Positions 54,178-63,376 of a stretch of 64,000 nucleotides of DNA are shown here, piece by piece. Numbering within the stretch: the first letter of the stretch is position 1; each line of letters opens with the position of its first letter. A model generated the notes under the pieces. That model was given only the letters and a program-made list of their open reading frames with translations, ran no database searches and had not been told where the DNA came from. Source of the DNA: Candidatus Omnitrophota bacterium. Its GTDB lineage: Bacteria > Omnitrophota > Gorgyraeia > Zapsychrales > JANLHA01. The translations under genes and the position numbers were made by a program. The stretch covers positions 578-64,577 of the forward strand of contig JAHFFT010000009.1 in assembly GCA_023247795.1 (NCBI GenBank), written 5' to 3'.

Positions 54178-56970
54178 ATGACATCGGACCATATCATCAT
54201 CCGTGGCGCCCGGGAACATAACCTTAAGAACATCAATCTTAAAATCCCGCGCAATCAATTTGTTGTCATTACCGGTTTGAGCGGTTCTGGAAAATCATCG
54301 CTGGCCTTTGACACCATTTATGCCGAGGGGCAGCGACGCTATGTTGAAAGCCTGTCAGCCTACGCGCGGCAATTTTTAGAGCAGCTGCAAAAGCCGCAGT
54401 TGGAATCGATCGAAGGTCTTTCTCCAACGATATCGATCGAACAAAAAACAACCAGCCGTAATCCACGTTCGACCGTGGCAACGCAAACCGAAATCTACGA
54501 CTATCTGCGATTGCTCTTTGCCCGCATCGGCATCCCGACCTGCGCGCAATGCGGAAAGAAACTCGAAAAGCAAAGTCCCCAGGAAATCGTCGACGCGCTT
54601 TTCAAACTTCCGGAAGAAACAAAAATCACTTTGCTGGCACCGTTGGTAAGCGGCAAAAAGGGAGAGTACCGTCACATCCAAAACCAAGTGACAAAAGCTG
54701 GGTTCGCACGGCTGCGCGTCAATGGCACCATTTATGATGTCAACGACAAAATCCAATTGGACCGCTATAAAAAGCACCACATTGAAGTGGTCGTTGACCG
54801 CATAGGACTGAAAGCAAGCGCGAAGAAACGATTGACCGACTCGATCGAAACGGCCCTAGAGGTAGGGAAAGGACATCTGATCGTCAATTTTCAAGACCAA
54901 TTTCCAGAACGAAATTTCAGTGAAAAACTCTCCTGCTGCGACGGGACAACCCATTTGAGCGAAATGGAACCGCGGGTCTTTTCTTTCAATTCCCCTTACG
55001 GGGCATGCGCCGGATGCAATGGTTTGGGCACAAAAATGGAAATCGACCCAGAGCGCCTACTTCCTGATCCGACAAAGACCTGGATCCAAGCCGTGGCCCC
55101 TTGGCAGCGAGGACGGCACAACTACATGATGTACTACCGCGCGGTCTTAAGAGAATTGGGCAAACTCCACCGTATCGATCAAGCAACACCATTTAAGAAC
55201 CTATCAAAGCCATTTCAAAAAATCGCCTTTTACGGATCAGATGATGAAATCTGGGGAAAACCTTTTGAAGGGATCATTCCTTATCTGGAACGTTTGTTTA
55301 AAAACACTGACAGCGACTGGCTGAAAGATGAATTGACCCGTTATATGTCGGTGTTGCCTTGTCCGCAGTGCCAAGGCCTTCGGCTAAAAAGAGAAAGCCT
55401 CGCGGTTAAAATTGCCGATTGCAACATCGCCCAAATCGCTGACCTTTCAATCAAAGATGCCAAGGCCTTTTTCAGTCATCTCACGTTAACAAACGAACAG
55501 CAATTGATCAGCCAAGAAATCATTAAAGAAATCCAACGCCGGTTAGATTTCTGCATCAACGTTGGACTCGAATACCTGACTTTAAATCGCAAAAGTGCCA
55601 CCCTTTCCGGCGGAGAGGCAGAACGGATCCGTTTGGCAACCCAAGTCGGATCAGGTCTCGTGGGTGTTATCTACATCCTTGATGAACCGAGCATCGGACT
55701 GCATCAAAGGGACAATGAACGGCTTTTGAATACACTGCATGCTTTACGGGATATGGGTAACACCTTAATTGTCGTTGAACACGACGAGGAAACCATCCGC
55801 AAATCCGACTACATCATTGATTTAGGGCCAGGGGCAGGGGAGCACGGTGGAGAAGTGATTTACGCCGGCAAGACCTCAGGCATTGGGAAATGCAAAGCAT
55901 CGTTGACTGGAAAATATCTGAACAATCAATTCCGAATTCCAGTTCCACAATCCCGACGGAAAGCAAACAAAGGACAATTCCTTGAAATCATCGGCGCCCA
56001 ACAGCACAATCTGAAAAACATCGATGTCAAAATCCCGCTAGGGACCTTGACCTGCATCACTGGCGTTTCCGGTTCCGGCAAGTCAACCTTGATCGATGAT
56101 ATCCTTTACCGCGCCTTGGCACAAAAATTTTACCGATCAACGGAAAAACCAGGAAAATTCAAAAAACTCACTGGTCTTGAATTCATTGACAAAGTCATTG
56201 TCGTTGACCAATCGCCCATTGGACGCACACCTCGGTCCAACCCCGCGACTTATTCCAACGCCTTTGGCCCCATGCGAATGCTCTTCAGCCAACTTCCTGC
56301 GGCAAAAATCCGCGGTTATAAACCCGGCCGTTTCAGTTTCAACGTCAAGGGCGGACGATGTGAGGCCTGCAGCGGAGACGGGATCAAAAAGATCGAGATG
56401 CATTTCTTACCCGACATTTATGTTCCTTGTGAGATCTGCCATGGACGAAGATTCAACGAACAGACCCTCGATATCCGTTATAAAGATAAAAACATTGCCG
56501 ATTGCCTGCAGATGTCGATCGAGGAAGCCCTTGAACACTTTACCAATATCCCGACCATCGAACGCGTTCTTAAAACCATCTTGGACGTTGGTCTTGGTTA
56601 TATCAAACTTGGGCAGCCGGCCACGACCCTTTCCGGCGGAGAGGCGCAGCGGGTCAAACTCGCGAGCGAATTGTGCAAAACCGCAACCGGTCGGACCTTA
56701 TACATTCTTGATGAACCGACGACAGGATTGCATTTTGCCGATGTTGATAAACTGCTCAAAGTCCTGCAGCAACTCGTTGACCGCAACAACACTTGTTTGA
56801 TCATTGAACACAACCTTGATGTCATCAAAAACGCGGACCACATCATCGACCTTGGCCCTGATGGGGGAGACCGGGGAGGGGAGATCATTTTTGCCGGAAC
56901 TCCCGAAGAGATCATCCATCACGATGCCTCGCATACCGGACGTTACTTAAAAAAGGCCTTGATCACTTAA
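54178..56970 (+). CDS. uvrA: Excinuclease ABC subunit UvrA
   Basis: 930 aa with two ABC ATPase modules (GLSGSGKSSL, GVSGSGKSTL) and zinc-finger Cys clusters. Confidence 0.95.
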   Translation: MTSDHIIIRGAREHNLKNINLKIPRNQFVVITGLSGSGKSSLAFDTIYAEGQRRYVESLSAYARQFLEQLQKPQLESIEGLSPTISIEQKTTSRNPRSTVATQTEIYDYLRLLFARIGIPTCAQCGKKLEKQSPQEIVDALFKLPEETKITLLAPLVSGKKGEYRHIQNQVTKAGFARLRVNGTIYDVNDKIQLDRYKKHHIEVVVDRIGLKASAKKRLTDSIETALEVGKGHLIVNFQDQFPERNFSEKLSCCDGTTHLSEMEPRVFSFNSPYGACAGCNGLGTKMEIDPERLLPDPTKTWIQAVAPWQRGRHNYMMYYRAVLRELGKLHRIDQATPFKNLSKPFQKIAFYGSDDEIWGKPFEGIIPYLERLFKNTDSDWLKDELTRYMSVLPCPQCQGLRLKRESLAVKIADCNIAQIADLSIKDAKAFFSHLTLTNEQQLISQEIIKEIQRRLDFCINVGLEYLTLNRKSATLSGGEAERIRLATQVGSGLVGVIYILDEPSIGLHQRDNERLLNTLHALRDMGNTLIVVEHDEETIRKSDYIIDLGPGAGEHGGEVIYAGKTSGIGKCKASLTGKYLNNQFRIPVPQSRRKANKGQFLEIIGAQQHNLKNIDVKIPLGTLTCITGVSGSGKSTLIDDILYRALAQKFYRSTEKPGKFKKLTGLEFIDKVIVVDQSPIGRTPRSNPATYSNAFGPMRMLFSQLPAAKIRGYKPGRFSFNVKGGRCEACSGDGIKKIEMHFLPDIYVPCEICHGRRFNEQTLDIRYKDKNIADCLQMSIEEALEHFTNIPTIERVLKTILDVGLGYIKLGQPATTLSGGEAQRVKLASELCKTATGRTLYILDEPTTGLHFADVDKLLKVLQQLVDRNNTCLIIEHNLDVIKNADHIIDLGPDGGDRGGEIIFAGTPEEIIHHDASHTGRYLKKALIT

Positions 56971-57018
56971 TCAGAAAATTTTGCAACTCTCATTGGGAGT
57001 TGCTATAATCATCCACTT

Positions 57019-59541
57019 ATGAAACACCCAAATGAAATTTTAAAAATGACCGTCTTAATTTTCGCGCTCATTTTAGCATTTTCTAAAACACCGCTGGTGT
57101 ATGCCCAGAACCTCCCCAATCCCACCAATTCCGACAAAGCCGAGCAAGAATTGTTCATCGTGGCCCAACGTTCTTTCGACGACGGGTTCTATGATGTGGC
57201 CAACCGCTACATCCAACAATTCCTCGCGAAATATCCCAAGAGTGAAAAACTCGTTCAAGCCAAATTGCTATTAGGGCAATGTTATTTTTTTCAAAGTCAA
57301 TACCTGAAGGCCTATGAAGTTTTTCAAAATCTGCTTTCCTTCTCGGAGTACAAGGACGCGACCCTGTACTGGTTAGGGGAAACTTATTTCAAGGGTGCCG
57401 ATTACAAACAGGCTCAATCCTATTACAGTCAAGTGATTGATGTCTACCCACAATCAGAATACCTTCCGCAAGCGACCTATGCCTTGGCCTGGAGTTATTT
57501 TGAACAAGGGAATTATAAGATCGCCAAACAAAATTTTTTAAAACTGATCAATGAATTTCCCGGCCACCAACTCAGCGAAGACGCTGCTTTCAAATTGGGC
57601 GAGTGCGAACAAAACCAGGGCAATTACAAGGTCGCGGCCAACCATTTCAAGGACTACATCATCAAATATCCCCACTCCAACCGCCATCCGCAGGCTTACT
57701 TTTATATCGGTGAAGGGTATTACTACGTCGAGGATTATCTGACCGCCATCACCTATTACGCGAAGGCCGCGGACATCAGTTACACCCCTGACTTAAACGT
57801 ATTGGCCAAGACCAGCATGGGCTGGTGCTATTTGAAATTGGGGAAACATGATCTCGCCCAAAAAGCATTTGAAGAGGCCAGATCGCTTGCTGACGAGAAA
57901 AAACTGCTCAGCGACGAAATTTATTTGGGACAGGCGACCCTTTTCTTGGAGATGGGGAACAATGAGTTGGCCCTTGCCAATTATTCGGCCTTGATTGAAA
58001 AATTCCCCAGCAGCCCGAGGGTGGCAGAGGCCCGTTTGGGCATGGCCAACATTTACTACTCATTAAAAAATTACGACAAGGCTGTCCGTGGTTATCAAGC
58101 GATCCTGTCCGAATTTCAAAATGATCCGAAATGGAGCGAGATCATTGAAAAAGCGACTTATGGGCTCGCCTGGACTTATTTGAAAGCCGGGAATGTTGAT
58201 TTGGCCGTTAAAAATTTTCAGGATATCATGAACAAAACCGACAGCAAAATTGTCAAGGTCAGCGCCTTGACCCAAATCGCCGATGCTTACCAAGAAACGG
58301 ATGAATTGGAAAAAGCGTTGAAAGTTTACGATCAAATTTTACGCGACTATCCTGACAGTTTATACACCGACTATGTCCAGTACCGTCAGGGGATCGCTTT
58401 ACTCAAACTCAATCGCGTCGAGGCGGCAACCCTTTCCTTCCAAACCATGCAAACCAATTTTCCGAAAAGCAAATATCTTGAAGACGTAAACTATTATCTC
58501 GCTCTTGCTTATTTTAAAAAAGAAGATTGGCGGCAAACGGTTGAAAAAGCCGAAGAGTATCTCAAACAATTGCCTTCCCACAAAACATTTGAAACAGAAT
58601 CGCAGTATATTTTAGGGCTGTCCCTCGTGGAACTCAAACAGTATCAAGAGGCTTTCACCACCTTTCAAAAACTCCTAAAGACTCCGGCCCTGCAGGACCC
58701 AATGTTGCGAAGCTCAGAACTGAATCTGGCCAAATGTTTCTATCACCTCGGTGATAAAAGGGAGGCCGTCAAAAGATTCAAATTGCTATTTCAACGTTAC
58801 CAAGACTCCGATACTGGCGAGGAGGCCTTGCTTTGGCTGGGAGATCATGAACTGAAAGAACAAAATTTTTCGAACGCCATTGAACATTATGAAAAATTTG
58901 TTCAGACCTACCCGGTGAGCCAAAAACTGCAAATCGTTTACTATGAACTTGGGGTCGCTTACCAGGCTGAAAAACAATGGGAAAAGGCCCTGCATTTTTA
59001 CCGATTGGTGGACGATCCATCGGCGAAAGAGATCTACGCTAAAGCCAAATTAGCCGCCGCTGATATCTTTTCTCAACAAACAGATGATGGGGAGGCCAGC
59101 CTTGAACGCTATCTAAAAATTGTCGACAGCAATCCGGATTATAAACGCGACGCCCTCGTAAAAATCGCCTCGATTTATTACAAACAACCGAACTACGAAA
59201 AGGCCGTGGATTTTTACCGTCAAGCCTTGACCGCGGAAAAAGGACTGAGCGAAATTTCAGACCCTGAGCTGGAATTCCACATTGGTGACGCCTTTGAATT
59301 GGGGAACCAAACAAAAGATGCGGTGGAGGCTTATCTAAGAATCCCCTATCTGCACGCGCAAGCCCAACCATGGTGCATCAAAGCCTATTTGCGGGTCGCC
59401 CGCATCTTCGAAGACCAGGAGCAATGGCAGGAAGCCAAAGGGATTTACCAAAAAGTCAGCCAATACCAAAGTAATGAAGCAAAATACGCGAACGAACGGA
59501 TTCAGTGGATCAATCAAAACGTTTTTCAAAAAGCAATTTAA
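57019..59541 (+). CDS. Large periplasmic TPR-repeat protein with a signal peptide
   Basis: Signal peptide ILAFSKTPLVYAQN, then numerous 34-aa TPR-like repeats (Y..A......G.Y..A). It lies directly upstream of exbB/tolQ. Confidence 0.7.
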   Translation: MKHPNEILKMTVLIFALILAFSKTPLVYAQNLPNPTNSDKAEQELFIVAQRSFDDGFYDVANRYIQQFLAKYPKSEKLVQAKLLLGQCYFFQSQYLKAYEVFQNLLSFSEYKDATLYWLGETYFKGADYKQAQSYYSQVIDVYPQSEYLPQATYALAWSYFEQGNYKIAKQNFLKLINEFPGHQLSEDAAFKLGECEQNQGNYKVAANHFKDYIIKYPHSNRHPQAYFYIGEGYYYVEDYLTAITYYAKAADISYTPDLNVLAKTSMGWCYLKLGKHDLAQKAFEEARSLADEKKLLSDEIYLGQATLFLEMGNNELALANYSALIEKFPSSPRVAEARLGMANIYYSLKNYDKAVRGYQAILSEFQNDPKWSEIIEKATYGLAWTYLKAGNVDLAVKNFQDIMNKTDSKIVKVSALTQIADAYQETDELEKALKVYDQILRDYPDSLYTDYVQYRQGIALLKLNRVEAATLSFQTMQTNFPKSKYLEDVNYYLALAYFKKEDWRQTVEKAEEYLKQLPSHKTFETESQYILGLSLVELKQYQEAFTTFQKLLKTPALQDPMLRSSELNLAKCFYHLGDKREAVKRFKLLFQRYQDSDTGEEALLWLGDHELKEQNFSNAIEHYEKFVQTYPVSQKLQIVYYELGVAYQAEKQWEKALHFYRLVDDPSAKEIYAKAKLAAADIFSQQTDDGEASLERYLKIVDSNPDYKRDALVKIASIYYKQPNYEKAVDFYRQALTAEKGLSEISDPELEFHIGDAFELGNQTKDAVEAYLRIPYLHAQAQPWCIKAYLRVARIFEDQEQWQEAKGIYQKVSQYQSNEAKYANERIQWINQNVFQKAI

Positions 59542-59553
59542 CGGGAGGGCGCA

Positions 59554-60198
59554 ATGGAATTAGGACAGCTGAATGCCTGGCAATTGATCATGAAAGGAGG
59601 ACCTATCATGGTCCCGCTGCTTCTCTGCTCGATCATTGGCTTAGCCGTCGTTATCGCAAAGCTCATCTATTTTACGAGCATCGCAACGAACACCCAAGCA
59701 CTCCGCCAAGAGGTCTTCGCGTTCCTCAAAAATAACCGCATCCGCGAGTCCATCGAGACTTGTGAAAAAAGTCCGTCACCGGTAGCCAAAATTCTTCTGG
59801 CGGGGATTCTTAAACTCGGCGACACACGGGAAAATATCAGTCAAGCCATGGAAGACGCGAGCCTCTTTGCCGTCCCTGAGCTTGAAAAACGAATCAACAT
59901 CCTTTCAACGATCACGCACCTGGCCCCTCTGCTGGGACTGCTCGGCACCGTGACTGGTCTTACAAACACTTTCCACGCGATCCAAACGCGTGCCGCAACC
60001 ATGAATCCAATGTCTCCGGGAGATTTGGCTGGCGGGATCTGGGAGGCCCTACTGACCACTGTTGCCGGACTCGTGATTGCTGTCTGCGCCTTTATCACTT
60101 ACAACTACCTTTTGTCCCGGGTGAATCATTTTATTATCGATATGGAAAGAGCGGGCAGCGAACTTCTAAATTTACTAACACAAGTCTCATCATCATAG
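59554..60198 (+). CDS. MotA/TolQ/ExbB-family proton-channel protein
   Basis: 214 aa, three TM spans and the conserved C-terminal TolQ/ExbB region (LGLLGTVTGL). Confidence 0.8.
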   Translation: MELGQLNAWQLIMKGGPIMVPLLLCSIIGLAVVIAKLIYFTSIATNTQALRQEVFAFLKNNRIRESIETCEKSPSPVAKILLAGILKLGDTRENISQAMEDASLFAVPELEKRINILSTITHLAPLLGLLGTVTGLTNTFHAIQTRAATMNPMSPGDLAGGIWEALLTTVAGLVIAVCAFITYNYLLSRVNHFIIDMERAGSELLNLLTQVSSS

Positions 60199-60231
60199 AC
60201 GCGATTTAAAAACACTCAAATCCTCAATGTC

Positions 60232-60642
60232 ATGGTTCTAAAATTCAAACGAAACCTTGTCAAATCACCCACGAGCTATGAATTGAGTTTCACACCGTTG
60301 ATTGCGGTGATCTTTCTCATTCTCGTTCTTTTTATGTTGTCATCGTCATTGACTTTTCAAAAGGGGATTGAAGTCAAACTTCCCAAGGCGGTGACCAGCG
60401 ACACCTTACAAGAAAAAAATTCGGTGGTCTCGATCACCAGTGAAAATGTGATTTATCTAAACAAATCCGTTATGACGATCAAAGAATTGGAAAAAATCCT
60501 AAAAAACCCGAAGTTGCAATCGCGCCCCCTGCTCATCAAAGCCGACCGTCGCGCCTCGGTAGGGAGGGTCGTTGATATCTGGGATCTCTGCCGCAAACTG
60601 GGGATCGAAAAATTGAATATCGCGACCAACCAAGAAAATTGA
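60232..60642 (+). CDS. ExbD/TolR-family biopolymer transport protein
   Basis: 136 aa, a single N-terminal TM (LIAVIFLILVLFML) and an ExbD-fold periplasmic domain. Confidence 0.8.
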   Translation: MVLKFKRNLVKSPTSYELSFTPLIAVIFLILVLFMLSSSLTFQKGIEVKLPKAVTSDTLQEKNSVVSITSENVIYLNKSVMTIKELEKILKNPKLQSRPLLIKADRRASVGRVVDIWDLCRKLGIEKLNIATNQEN

Positions 60643-61082
60643 TGAAACTCCGTCAGCTGCCCACGCTCCATATTTCTTTTATCGCTTTTTTACTCTCGGC
60701 ATTTTTGCACATATCCGTTTTAATTTTTAAAATTTCATTTTCAACAATTCCAAGCGAGACAAAGCCGACTCTCATTTTTCTTGGATCGATTCTGAATCAA
60801 AAAAACTTATTTGAACAAAACCCACTCTTGTTAAGAGAAAACAGTCACTCCCAAAATGAGCGGATTCCCGTCAGCAATAACGAGAGCGTGTTTCACCCGC
60901 AAAGGACCTCCGGGATCAAAAAGCCTTTCTATTCTAAAGACATTCAGAAGATCGATAAAAGCAGTTCAAAAATACTTTTTCCCTTGCCTCAGCAAAAAGA
61001 GCAATCACCGTCGGAACTTGGAATTGACGCGAACCCTCAACCCTATCAACCTTTAAAATTGCCGGGATCTCATGACCATTGA
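60639..61082 (+). CDS. Membrane-anchored Pro/Gln-rich protein in the TonB/TolA position, with no recognizable C-terminal domain
   Basis: N-terminal TM, then a low-complexity P/Q/S-rich periplasmic segment. Too short (147 aa) for a canonical TonB C-terminal domain. Confidence 0.45.
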   Translation: MMKLRQLPTLHISFIAFLLSAFLHISVLIFKISFSTIPSETKPTLIFLGSILNQKNLFEQNPLLLRENSHSQNERIPVSNNESVFHPQRTSGIKKPFYSKDIQKIDKSSSKILFPLPQQKEQSPSELGIDANPQPYQPLKLPGSHDH

Positions 61083-61299
61083 ATTTTCAACCCTCGTGTC
61101 GTTTTTAATTCTTTTACCTCTCCTCCTTGTCTTTCCGCATTGGCTATTCTATAATCAAAAGAGGGAGGCAGCCGCAAAGTTCGATATGCAGACGTTCGAG
61201 CAATGCCCCTATTGCAGTAGGGTCTTTTTCACGAATGAGAAAAAAGATATCTATAGCTGTCCGCATTGCCGCAGTCTCATAACCGCGGATAAAAAGTAG
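61072..61299 (+). CDS. Small membrane-anchored zinc-ribbon protein
   Basis: N-terminal TM, then CPYCSRV...CPHCRS (CxxC-x16-CxxC). Confidence 0.45.
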   Translation: MTIEFSTLVSFLILLPLLLVFPHWLFYNQKREAAAKFDMQTFEQCPYCSRVFFTNEKKDIYSCPHCRSLITADKK

Positions 61300-61316
61300 G
61301 ACTGGAAGGGAAAAAA

Positions 61317-61688
61317 ATGACCAATCCAAAATTTTTTTGTAACCGTTCGGGAATGGTTATGGTGATGGTGATCATGTTGACGCTTGTCTTTGCCATCATC
61401 ATGATCGGCATCCTTTCACTGAACGTCAGCCGGGTCAAAACCGGTCAGAGTTTGGTCGATAGCATCAAAGCTGAGCAACTGGCCGCGGGAGTCATGTATC
61501 GACAAATGCAGCTGCAGATGGATCAATGCCAGCTTTGCCCAATCCCCGGTGATTGCAGTTCCTGTCCGGCATTGGGATCTGAAAACATGGACAACCATGC
61601 CTTCGCTATCTCGGTCAGTAACCAAGGCGCCTCCGCCAATTCCAATCTTAACAACACCAACCAATACCAATTCAAAGTCGACTTTTAA
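61317..61688 (+). CDS. Hypothetical N-terminally membrane-anchored protein with a Cys-rich C-terminus (possible divergent pseudopilin-like protein)
   Basis: Hydrophobic MVMVMVIMLTLVFAIIMIGIL after a short charged leader ending in G. C-terminal CQLCPIPGDCSSCP. The canonical GFTLxE prepilin motif is absent. Confidence 0.35.
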   Translation: MTNPKFFCNRSGMVMVMVIMLTLVFAIIMIGILSLNVSRVKTGQSLVDSIKAEQLAAGVMYRQMQLQMDQCQLCPIPGDCSSCPALGSENMDNHAFAISVSNQGASANSNLNNTNQYQFKVDF

Positions 61689-61867
61689 TTGTTCCACCTC
61701 GAATTATTCGAATTATTCGATCTTAATTGACAAAGCACCCCTGGTATAGTTAAATTAAATTGCTGTTGAGTTGCACACAATTAACAAACAGATATGGCAG
61801 TCTCTCGACGTATATTTTTTAAATAACTAGTTTTACTACTTATGCCTATGTCAATATTACAATTTAG

Positions 61868-63376
61868 ATGTTGAAATTCGGGAAAAAGACAAAACTAGGC
61901 TTGTATTGGGGCAAGGAGTCCCTTTTCGTTGTCGCCGCTAAGAATGGCCTGGCGGAAAAAATCCTGTCGCTTTCCTTGCAAGAAGCTCTCCAATCACAAA
62001 AAGAAAAAACCCTTCCGGAAAAAATACTATTAGGGTCTTTTCTGTTAAGCAAGCTCGGCAATTTCAAATCCCAATCAAAATCGATCGGTCTTGCTCTTCC
62101 CGCCAACGATCTCATGGTCCGTTCTTTCACAATCCCCATAATGAAGAAGGAGGAGATAAAAAATGTTGTTGAGTTTGAAGCCATCAAATACATTCCTCTC
62201 AAACTCTCGGAATTGACCCATACTTTTCACACCATTCCGCTAACGGACGGGCAACAGAAAGGGTTACGCGTGCTTTTTGTTGCCATTAAGATGAATACGC
62301 TGCAAAGATACACTGGAACATTAGAACATGCCGAATTTGCTATTGAACGCATTGAACCTTCTTTTGTTAGCTTGGTTCGCGCCCTGAACAAAAAAGGACT
62401 GATCAATAAAAATCAACCCACCGCTGTCATTGAATTTGAAAAAGGTAAAAACAAAATCCTCATTCTCGATGAGGACGTCGTCCAACTTGTCCGTGAAATT
62501 CCCGCTCCCGATGAAGAATCAGAATTCACGTCAGCAAACAACAATCTGCTCAAAGACATCCGGGTTTCGCTTGATTTTTATAAACGACAAAACCCTAAAA
62601 GTGATATCAAAAATATTTTAGCGGTTTCGCAAATGTCCCTGAATGAATTGACAACCGGCATCGGCCGCGAGTTCGGATTTTCCAGTCAGTACATTTCAAC
62701 TTCGCAGCTCTTAAATATCAAGGAGACCGTTGATCTTGGATTCGTCTATGCCTATGGCCTGACCCTGGCGGAACAGGAAATCAGTACAAAAAATTTTGAA
62801 TTGTCCGGCCATCCGGCTCGCCTACAGCAGCAGCCCCAATATGCCCTGGCCGGAATCGCTTTGTTTGTCTGTGCGTGCTTTGCCATGCTCAGCGTTTATT
62901 TATCAAATCAAATGATTGTCGGCCATTGGGATCATCTCGCCCAACTGGAAAAAAGCCAGGGATCATTTGAAAAATCTTCGATCGAGGAAATTGAAAAAAA
63001 ACGAATGGAAAAATTGGGTGAATTTTATGCCTATCAGGATATCCGGCTGAAAAGCCAAATCAATGATGAGTTGACCCGAATTCCCAATCTTTTACCGCAA
63101 GGGACGTGGTTGACAAGCTGGGAGTTCGCTTACTACGACAAAAGCTACGAACAGGACAAGATCAATCGCCTAAATTCTCGTCTGCAAATGAACTTTGAAG
63201 GATACACTTACGCAAAAAACCCAAACGCTCAATTTCAAATCATTAACAACTGGCTGGCCCAACTTAAAAATGACGAACATTTCTCACGGCAATTTGACAC
63301 CATCGAATTGGGCTCCGTGCAACAGGAAAATCTGGGAGAATATCCAGTAACGAAATTCAAAATCTCTTGCCGATGA
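61868..63376 (+). CDS. PilM-like actin-fold assembly ATPase fused to a PilN-like transmembrane/periplasmic segment
   Basis: N-terminal LGLYWGKESLFVVAA and DIRVSLDFYKRQ resemble PilM motifs. A TM helix YALAGIALFVCACFAMLSVYL lies at ~aa 320, followed by a periplasmic tail. Confidence 0.5.
   Translation: MLKFGKKTKLGLYWGKESLFVVAAKNGLAEKILSLSLQEALQSQKEKTLPEKILLGSFLLSKLGNFKSQSKSIGLALPANDLMVRSFTIPIMKKEEIKNVVEFEAIKYIPLKLSELTHTFHTIPLTDGQQKGLRVLFVAIKMNTLQRYTGTLEHAEFAIERIEPSFVSLVRALNKKGLINKNQPTAVIEFEKGKNKILILDEDVVQLVREIPAPDEESEFTSANNNLLKDIRVSLDFYKRQNPKSDIKNILAVSQMSLNELTTGIGREFGFSSQYISTSQLLNIKETVDLGFVYAYGLTLAEQEISTKNFELSGHPARLQQQPQYALAGIALFVCACFAMLSVYLSNQMIVGHWDHLAQLEKSQGSFEKSSIEEIEKKRMEKLGEFYAYQDIRLKSQINDELTRIPNLLPQGTWLTSWEFAYYDKSYEQDKINRLNSRLQMNFEGYTYAKNPNAQFQIINNWLAQLKNDEHFSRQFDTIELGSVQQENLGEYPVTKFKISCR

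Noticed and set aside
60639-61082. Calling the 147-aa protein TonB or TolA
   Set aside because: It has only an anchor and a P/Q-rich linker, with no C-terminal TonB/TolA domain recognisable by eye. It is left as TonB/TolA-like with low confidence.
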